Source: Clostridia bacterium (GTDB taxonomy: Bacteria; Bacillota; Clostridia; Oscillospirales; CAG-272). From it: DNA of 64,000 nt. The notes beneath the pieces were generated by a model. That model searched no databases and was not told the origin of the DNA. It saw only the letters and a list, made by a program, of their open reading frames with translations. Positions 58,787 through 64,000 of this stretch are shown piece after piece. Made by a program: the position numbers and the translations under genes. The DNA lies in assembly GCA_017407835.1 (NCBI GenBank), contig JAFQVV010000006.1:5809-69808 (forward strand). Direction: 5' to 3'. How positions within the stretch are numbered: position 1 is the first letter of the stretch; each line of letters opens with the position of its first letter.

Positions 58787-58826
58787 CGCAGTACCGACCG
58801 GCGGTAAATTTCAGGAGAAAAATACC

Positions 58827-59837
58827 ATGATTGCAAAACTCGTAAAACATCCCGATCAACACAAAGTAGACGAATTGTTGATTCGTCTTTCCGAGATGGG
58901 TGTCAAAGGACAGCCCATTCAAGGCGGCGAAACCATGGTTATCGCCATCATCGGCGATACCACAAAGGTCGATCAGGACTTTCTTCACGCGCAGGATATC
59001 ATTGAAGATGTCACGCGAATCCAAGAGCCCTACAAACTCGCCTGCCGCAAAATTCATCCCACCGATACCGTTGTTACGGTCGGCGGGAACGCAGCCATTG
59101 GCGGCGGGAACTTTGCCATGATTGCAGGTCCCTGCTCGGTCGAATCGCGCGATCAGCTCTGCACCATTGCCGCATCGGTCAAAGCATCCGGGGCAACCAT
59201 TCTGCGCGGCGGTGCCTTCAAGCCTCGCACCTCCCCTTATGCTTTCCAGGGGATGCGCGGCGAGGGCATTGATCTGCTCATCGAGGCCAAGCGTCAGACC
59301 GGACTGCCCATCGTCACCGAAATCATGGATATTTCTCAGCTCCCCCTCTTTGAAGAAGTGGATATGATCCAGGTCGGCGCACGCAATATGCAGAACTTTG
59401 AGCTGCTCAAGGAGCTGGGCAGACTGCGCCGCCCCATTCTGCTCAAGCGGGGACTTTGCGCAACGCTGGATGAGCTGCTGATGTCCGCCGAGTATATCAT
59501 GGCGGGGGGCAACACCCAGGTTGTCCTCTGCGAGCGCGGCATGCGCACCTTTGAGACAGCTACCCGAAACACGCTTGATCTTTCCTGTGTCCCTGTACTC
59601 AAGGCACGCACTCACCTGCCCATCATCATTGATCCCTCCCACGCGACGGGCAAATCGGCATACGTTGCCCCCCTTGCGCTGGCAGCGGCCGCAGTCGGTG
59701 CTGACGGGCTGATTATTGAAGTGCACAACAATCCCGCCCGTGCCGTCTGCGACGGACCGCAGTCGCTGACGCCCGACGCATTCGATACACTGGCAAACCA
59801 GGTTCGCGCCATCCTGCCCGCCGCATATAAATATTAA
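58827..59837 (+). CDS. aroF: DAHP synthase (type I-beta with N-terminal regulatory domain)
   Basis: IAGPCSVES, GGAFKPRTSPY, GARNMQN, CERG and DPSHATG motifs. Confidence 0.95.
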   Translation: MIAKLVKHPDQHKVDELLIRLSEMGVKGQPIQGGETMVIAIIGDTTKVDQDFLHAQDIIEDVTRIQEPYKLACRKIHPTDTVVTVGGNAAIGGGNFAMIAGPCSVESRDQLCTIAASVKASGATILRGGAFKPRTSPYAFQGMRGEGIDLLIEAKRQTGLPIVTEIMDISQLPLFEEVDMIQVGARNMQNFELLKELGRLRRPILLKRGLCATLDELLMSAEYIMAGGNTQVVLCERGMRTFETATRNTLDLSCVPVLKARTHLPIIIDPSHATGKSAYVAPLALAAAAVGADGLIIEVHNNPARAVCDGPQSLTPDAFDTLANQVRAILPAAYKY

Positions 59838-59876
59838 ATGATAACTCCGCCATCGAAACCAAAGGATGAATGTATC

Positions 59877-60899
59877 ATGTATGATGTTTTGATTGAGCGC
59901 GGACTGCTGTCCGCCGTCGGTGCAAAATCGGCTGAGGTTCTCTCCCCCGGCCGAACCATGGTTGTAACCGATGAACATGTCGCCCCCCTCTACGCCGATA
60001 CGGTATTGACAAGTTTGCACCGAGCAGGTTTTGATCCTGCACTGACCGTCCTTCCCGCAGGAGAATCCACCAAATGCGGTACCCAGTACATCGCCCTGCT
60101 CGAGAAGATGGCAGAGGCCGGGCTGACCCGTTCTGATTGTGTCATCGCGCTGGGCGGCGGCGTCATCGGTGATCTGGTGGGATTTGCCGCTGCCACCTAT
60201 CTGCGCGGAATTGCCGTTGTGCAAATTCCCACCACCCTCCTCGCCGCCGTTGATTCTTCGGTTGGCGGCAAAACCGCCATTGACCTCGCTGCCGGCAAGA
60301 ATCTGGTAGGGGCTTTCCACCGTCCTGTTCGCGTTCTCTGCGATCCCGACACCCTGGCCACCCTTCCGCCCGAACAGCTGGCGGCGGGCATGGCGGAATC
60401 CATCAAATACGGTGTCCTCTTCGATCAATCTCTCTTTGATCTGCTCGCACACGGAGCGCCGCAGGATCTGACCGAAACAATTTCCCGCTGCGTCGCTCTG
60501 AAGCAGGCGGTGGTCTCCCGTGACTTCACCGACCGCGGAGAGCGCCAGCTGCTCAATCTCGGGCACACCTTCGGGCACGCCATTGAAGCCTGTTCACACT
60601 ATCGCATTCTGCACGGCGAGGCCGTTGCCATCGGGATGCGCATGGCGGCACGCGCCGCCGTCCTGCTCGGCGTGGCAGAGCTTGACTGCACCGACGCCAT
60701 CACCGATGCGCTGACCGCCGCAGGACTGCCCACCCGCGCCGAATTTACCGCCGCCGAGCTGACCGCCGCCGCCCTGCACGACAAAAAGCGCATGGGCGAC
60801 ACCCTCAAGCTGGTGCTCCCTGTGGAGATCGGCCATTGCGCGCTCCATCCCTTCCCGGTGGATCGACTGGGCGAGCTGATGGAAGAGGTGTGCCGATGA
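59877..60899 (+). CDS. aroB: 3-dehydroquinate synthase
   Basis: GGGVIGD, PTTLLAAVDSSVGGKT and LNLGHTFGHAIE motifs. Confidence 0.96.
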   Translation: MYDVLIERGLLSAVGAKSAEVLSPGRTMVVTDEHVAPLYADTVLTSLHRAGFDPALTVLPAGESTKCGTQYIALLEKMAEAGLTRSDCVIALGGGVIGDLVGFAAATYLRGIAVVQIPTTLLAAVDSSVGGKTAIDLAAGKNLVGAFHRPVRVLCDPDTLATLPPEQLAAGMAESIKYGVLFDQSLFDLLAHGAPQDLTETISRCVALKQAVVSRDFTDRGERQLLNLGHTFGHAIEACSHYRILHGEAVAIGMRMAARAAVLLGVAELDCTDAITDALTAAGLPTRAEFTAAELTAAALHDKKRMGDTLKLVLPVEIGHCALHPFPVDRLGELMEEVCR

Positions 60900-62164
60900 T
60901 CCGTACCCTCATGCCGGGGCGGGTCTGCCGGGGAAGCCTCCCCGCTATCCCCTCCAAATCGGATGCCCACCGCCTGCTCCTCTGCGCGGCACTGGCCGAC
61001 GCCCCCACCGAGATCGAGGTAGGTAAGGGAGAGCTTTCGGCCGATATTCACGCCACCATGGCCTGCATTCGGGTGCTGGGGGGAGATGTGACTGCGGAGG
61101 GCGAGATCCTTCGGGTTACGCCCATCAGATTTTCAAAGAGTAATGAGTCCATCCTCTGCAACTGCGGGGAAAGCGGCTCAACCGCCCGTTTTCTGCTCCC
61201 CATCGCCGCCGCGGCCGGGCACATCACCCCCATCACTCTGTCGGGGCACGGCCGCCTGCCCCTGCGCCCCTTTGCGCCGCTGTGCGATGCACTCCGTGCC
61301 CGGGGCGCTGACATCTACCGCGACCTGCTTCCCATCACCGTCCGCGGGGGACTGCAGGCAGGGGAGTTCACCATCGCGGGAAACATCAGCTCCCAGTATA
61401 TCACGGGGCTTCTTCTTGCCCTGCCCCTGCTGGAAGGGGACAGCCGCATCACCCTCACCACACCCCTGGAATCCCGGGGCTATGTGGACATGACCCTCTC
61501 CACCCTGGCCCGGTTCGGCATCCATGTCAAGGCCGATGCGGCCGGCTGGAAGGTCCCTGCCGCCCCCTACCGATCCCCCGGCCGCATCACCGCCGATGGC
61601 GACTGGTCGAACGCCGCCTTCTGGCTTTGCGCCGGCGCGGTCAGCGCACCAATGACGGTCACGGGTCTATCGTCGGGAAGCCGGCAGGGCGACCGCCGCA
61701 TCACCGATATTCTTGCCGCCTTCGGCGCCCGGGTCACAGTGGGTGGCGATGCCGTCACCGTCTCTCCCGCCCCTCTGCGAGGTGTCACCCTGTCAGTGGC
61801 CGACATTCCCGACCTCGTCCCCATTCTGGCGGTAGTTGCCGCCGCGGCGAAGGGAGAGACCCGCTTCATCGACGCCGGCCGACTTCGCCTCAAGGAAAGC
61901 GACCGACTGGCCACCGTCTCGGCCATGATCTGCGCCCTGGGCGGCGACGCCGACATTGACGGCGACACCCTCATCATCCGGGGCGGAAAGCCCCTCTGCG
62001 GGGGCACCGTGGACAGCGCCAACGACCACCGCATTGCCATGTCGGCCGCCGTGGCCGCCCTGCTCTGTACCGGAACCGTGGAGCTGCAGGGTGCCGAGGC
62101 TGTGGAAAAATCCTACCCCGCCTTCTGGACCGACTATGACCGGCTGAGCGGTGAACAAATTTGA
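60896..62164 (+). CDS. aroA: EPSP synthase
   Basis: PSKSDAHR, GESGSTAR, SSQY, KESDR and DHRIAM motifs. Confidence 0.96.
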   Translation: MIRTLMPGRVCRGSLPAIPSKSDAHRLLLCAALADAPTEIEVGKGELSADIHATMACIRVLGGDVTAEGEILRVTPIRFSKSNESILCNCGESGSTARFLLPIAAAAGHITPITLSGHGRLPLRPFAPLCDALRARGADIYRDLLPITVRGGLQAGEFTIAGNISSQYITGLLLALPLLEGDSRITLTTPLESRGYVDMTLSTLARFGIHVKADAAGWKVPAAPYRSPGRITADGDWSNAAFWLCAGAVSAPMTVTGLSSGSRQGDRRITDILAAFGARVTVGGDAVTVSPAPLRGVTLSVADIPDLVPILAVVAAAAKGETRFIDAGRLRLKESDRLATVSAMICALGGDADIDGDTLIIRGGKPLCGGTVDSANDHRIAMSAAVAALLCTGTVELQGAEAVEKSYPAFWTDYDRLSGEQI

Positions 62165-62201
62165 CAATTACGATGCATCTGCGGATGCAGAAAGGATCAT
62201 A

Positions 62202-63302
62202 ATGAGCAGTCAATTCGGACATCAGCTGAAGATCAGCATATTCGGGCAATCCCACTCCGCCGGCATCGGTGTAGTCATCGATGGCCTGCCTGCAGGGGAA
62301 CCCATTGACTTAGAGCAAATCGCCGCCTTCATGGCGCGCCGCGCACCGGGCAACAGCCCTGCCTCCACGGCACGCAAGGAAGCCGACACACCGCAGATTC
62401 TCTCAGGGCTTTTCGAAGGACGCACCTGCGGTGCCCCTCTCGCCGCCGTCATTGCCAATACCGACACGCGATCGGGGGATTACGCCGCAATCGCCGATAT
62501 GCCCCGTCCCGCACACGCCGATTATACCGCCCACGTCAAATACGGCGGTGCCAATGATGTCCGCGGCGGGGGGCATTTCTCGGGTCGTCTCACCGCGCCC
62601 CTCTGCTTTGCCGGCGCGGTCTGCGCACAGATTCTCGCCAGACGAGGCGTCACCATCGGTGCGCACGCCGCAACCATCGGCACAACCTTCGACGAAAGCT
62701 TTGATCCAGTCGCTGTGACAGCGGACGAGCTTCGCGCAATCGCACCAAAGCCCTTCCCTACCATCTCGGATGCATCGGCCGAAGCGATGCTGGCCGAGAT
62801 CGCCGAGGCAAAAGCGAGGGGCGATTCGATGGGGGGCGTGATCGAATGCTTTGCGGTCGGTCTACCCGTGGGACTTGGCGAGCCGATGTTCGGCGGCGTT
62901 GAGGGACGGATCGCCGAGGCCGTCTTCGGCATTCCCGCCGTCAAGGGGCTGGAGTTCGGTTCGGGCTTTTACGGCTCAACCCTCTGCGGCTCGGAGAACA
63001 ATGATCCCTTCCGTACCGAAAACGGGCGCATTGTCACCGAAACCAACAACCACGGCGGCATCCTCGGCGGCATCACCTCGGGTATGCCCCTCGTTCTGCG
63101 CGCCGCCATTAAACCCACCCCCACACTGATGCAGGAGCAGCAGACAATCAGCTTCTCCCGCGGTGAGAACGCGATTCTCCCGCCCAAAGGACGCCACGAT
63201 CCCTGCATCGTTCCCCGCGCCGTCCCCGTCATCGAAGCCGCCGTTGCCGCTGTTCTGCTCGATCTGTGGCTTGAGTCGGGCAGTTTCCCGAAAGGAGCAT
63301 AA
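62202..63302 (+). CDS. aroC: Chorismate synthase
   Basis: FGQSH, RPAHAD, GGGHFSGR, GGITSG and GRHDPC motifs. Confidence 0.96.
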   Translation: MSSQFGHQLKISIFGQSHSAGIGVVIDGLPAGEPIDLEQIAAFMARRAPGNSPASTARKEADTPQILSGLFEGRTCGAPLAAVIANTDTRSGDYAAIADMPRPAHADYTAHVKYGGANDVRGGGHFSGRLTAPLCFAGAVCAQILARRGVTIGAHAATIGTTFDESFDPVAVTADELRAIAPKPFPTISDASAEAMLAEIAEAKARGDSMGGVIECFAVGLPVGLGEPMFGGVEGRIAEAVFGIPAVKGLEFGSGFYGSTLCGSENNDPFRTENGRIVTETNNHGGILGGITSGMPLVLRAAIKPTPTLMQEQQTISFSRGENAILPPKGRHDPCIVPRAVPVIEAAVAAVLLDLWLESGSFPKGA

Positions 63303-63307
63303 TCCTC

Positions 63308-64000
63308 ATGTCGGATAAACCCATCGATCTTTCTGTTCTCCGCACGCGCATCAATGCCATTGATGGCGAGCTGCGGGCACTTTTCCTTGAGCGGATGGAC
63401 ATCGCCGCCGATGTCGCCGAATACAAGCGTTCGGTGGGCATGGCTGTGCTCGATCCCGCGCGCGAGCAGGCAATTCTCGACCATCTTTGTATCGGTCTTG
63501 ACGCCGCTTACGCCGAGGCGGTCGCAAGCCTGTGGAAACAGATTTTTGAGCTGTCCCGCGGTTATCAGCACCGCCTGCTGGAGAGAGATACCTGCCCACA
63601 GGCATCTGCCCTCCGTCAGCACATCGCCGCGCAGAGCGAATTGCCTTCCCACGCATCTGTCGCCTGCCAGGGACGGCAGGGAGCATATGCCCACCGTGCC
63701 GCCGAAGCAATCTTCACCTCCCCCGATGTTACCTTTTTCCCCGATTGGAGCGCCGTCACCGATGCCGTGCTTGACGGGCGGTGCGACTACGGTGTGCTGC
63801 CCATAGAAAACAGCACACGCGGCTCGGTCAGTGCCGTTTATGAGCTGCTCCGTTCGCGTAAAGTACATATTGTACGCGGATGCCGACTTGCTATTCGTCA
63901 TGCGCTCCTCGGGCTTCCGGGGGCAAAGCTCTCCGATATTCGCGAGGTTCGCTCACACGAGCAAGCGCTCGGACAGTGCGCAGGATGGCTGGATACCCAT
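63308..64000 (+). CDS. pheA: Bifunctional chorismate mutase/prephenate dehydratase (partial, runs off window end)
   Basis: Manual translation: LRTRINAID...LFLERM...K...DPARE (CM domain), QGRQGAY, LPIENST and SHEQALGQC (PDT domain); AAGGAG RBS. Confidence 0.93.
   Translation, partial: MSDKPIDLSVLRTRINAIDGELRALFLERMDIAADVAEYKRSVGMAVLDPAREQAILDHLCIGLDAAYAEAVASLWKQIFELSRGYQHRLLERDTCPQASALRQHIAAQSELPSHASVACQGRQGAYAHRAAEAIFTSPDVTFFPDWSAVTDAVLDGRCDYGVLPIENSTRGSVSAVYELLRSRKVHIVRGCRLAIRHALLGLPGAKLSDIREVRSHEQALGQCAGWLDTH

Noticed and set aside
58570-58790. T-box riboswitch upstream of aroF
   Set aside because: No GGTGGNACCGCG T-box sequence or specifier-loop motifs found; the leader-peptide model fits better.
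58743-60578. 611-aa minus-strand ORF, and similar long antisense ORFs at 44486-46231, 56873-58159 and 39891-41117
   Set aside because: Shadow frames of well-supported genes in GC-rich sequence; no motifs or RBS.

Overview
A moderately GC-rich 64-kb chromosomal segment from a spore-forming Clostridia-type Firmicute (spoVG, abrB, sigE/sigF-like promoters, SCIFF locus, ThiT with TPP riboswitch). Most of it is housekeeping: murC, rnpB, rnj, rplJ-rplL with L10 leader, cadC-cadA, tRNA-Ser, yceD-rpmF, sufCB-like pair, gpsA, pfkA, cinA, mscS, yhaO/yhaN-like pair, pgeF, scfAB and an aroF-aroB-aroA-aroC-pheA operon. Three things stand out. (1) A 31-codon Phe/Tyr-rich leader peptide with a complete terminator/antiterminator switch precedes the aro-phe operon, i.e. 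a pheL-style ribosome-dependent attenuator in a lineage where T-boxes are usual. (2) A stand-alone, promoter-driven ~350-nt unit at 22.2-22.6 kb has no credible long ORF and consists of three ~90-nt-spaced CGAAAGGAGAAGGCAC-x-CC-x-ATG repeats plus a 3' anti-Shine-Dalgarno tract. (3) An orphan glycyl-radical-activase-like radical SAM gene is translationally coupled to a lipoprotein-like precursor with a Cys-rich leader and eight repeated hydrophobic-x-Gly motifs. An eroded accessory islet beside tRNA-Ser and a family of ~80-bp intergenic palindromic repeats are also present. All calls come from reading sequence and motifs by eye; no database searches were run.
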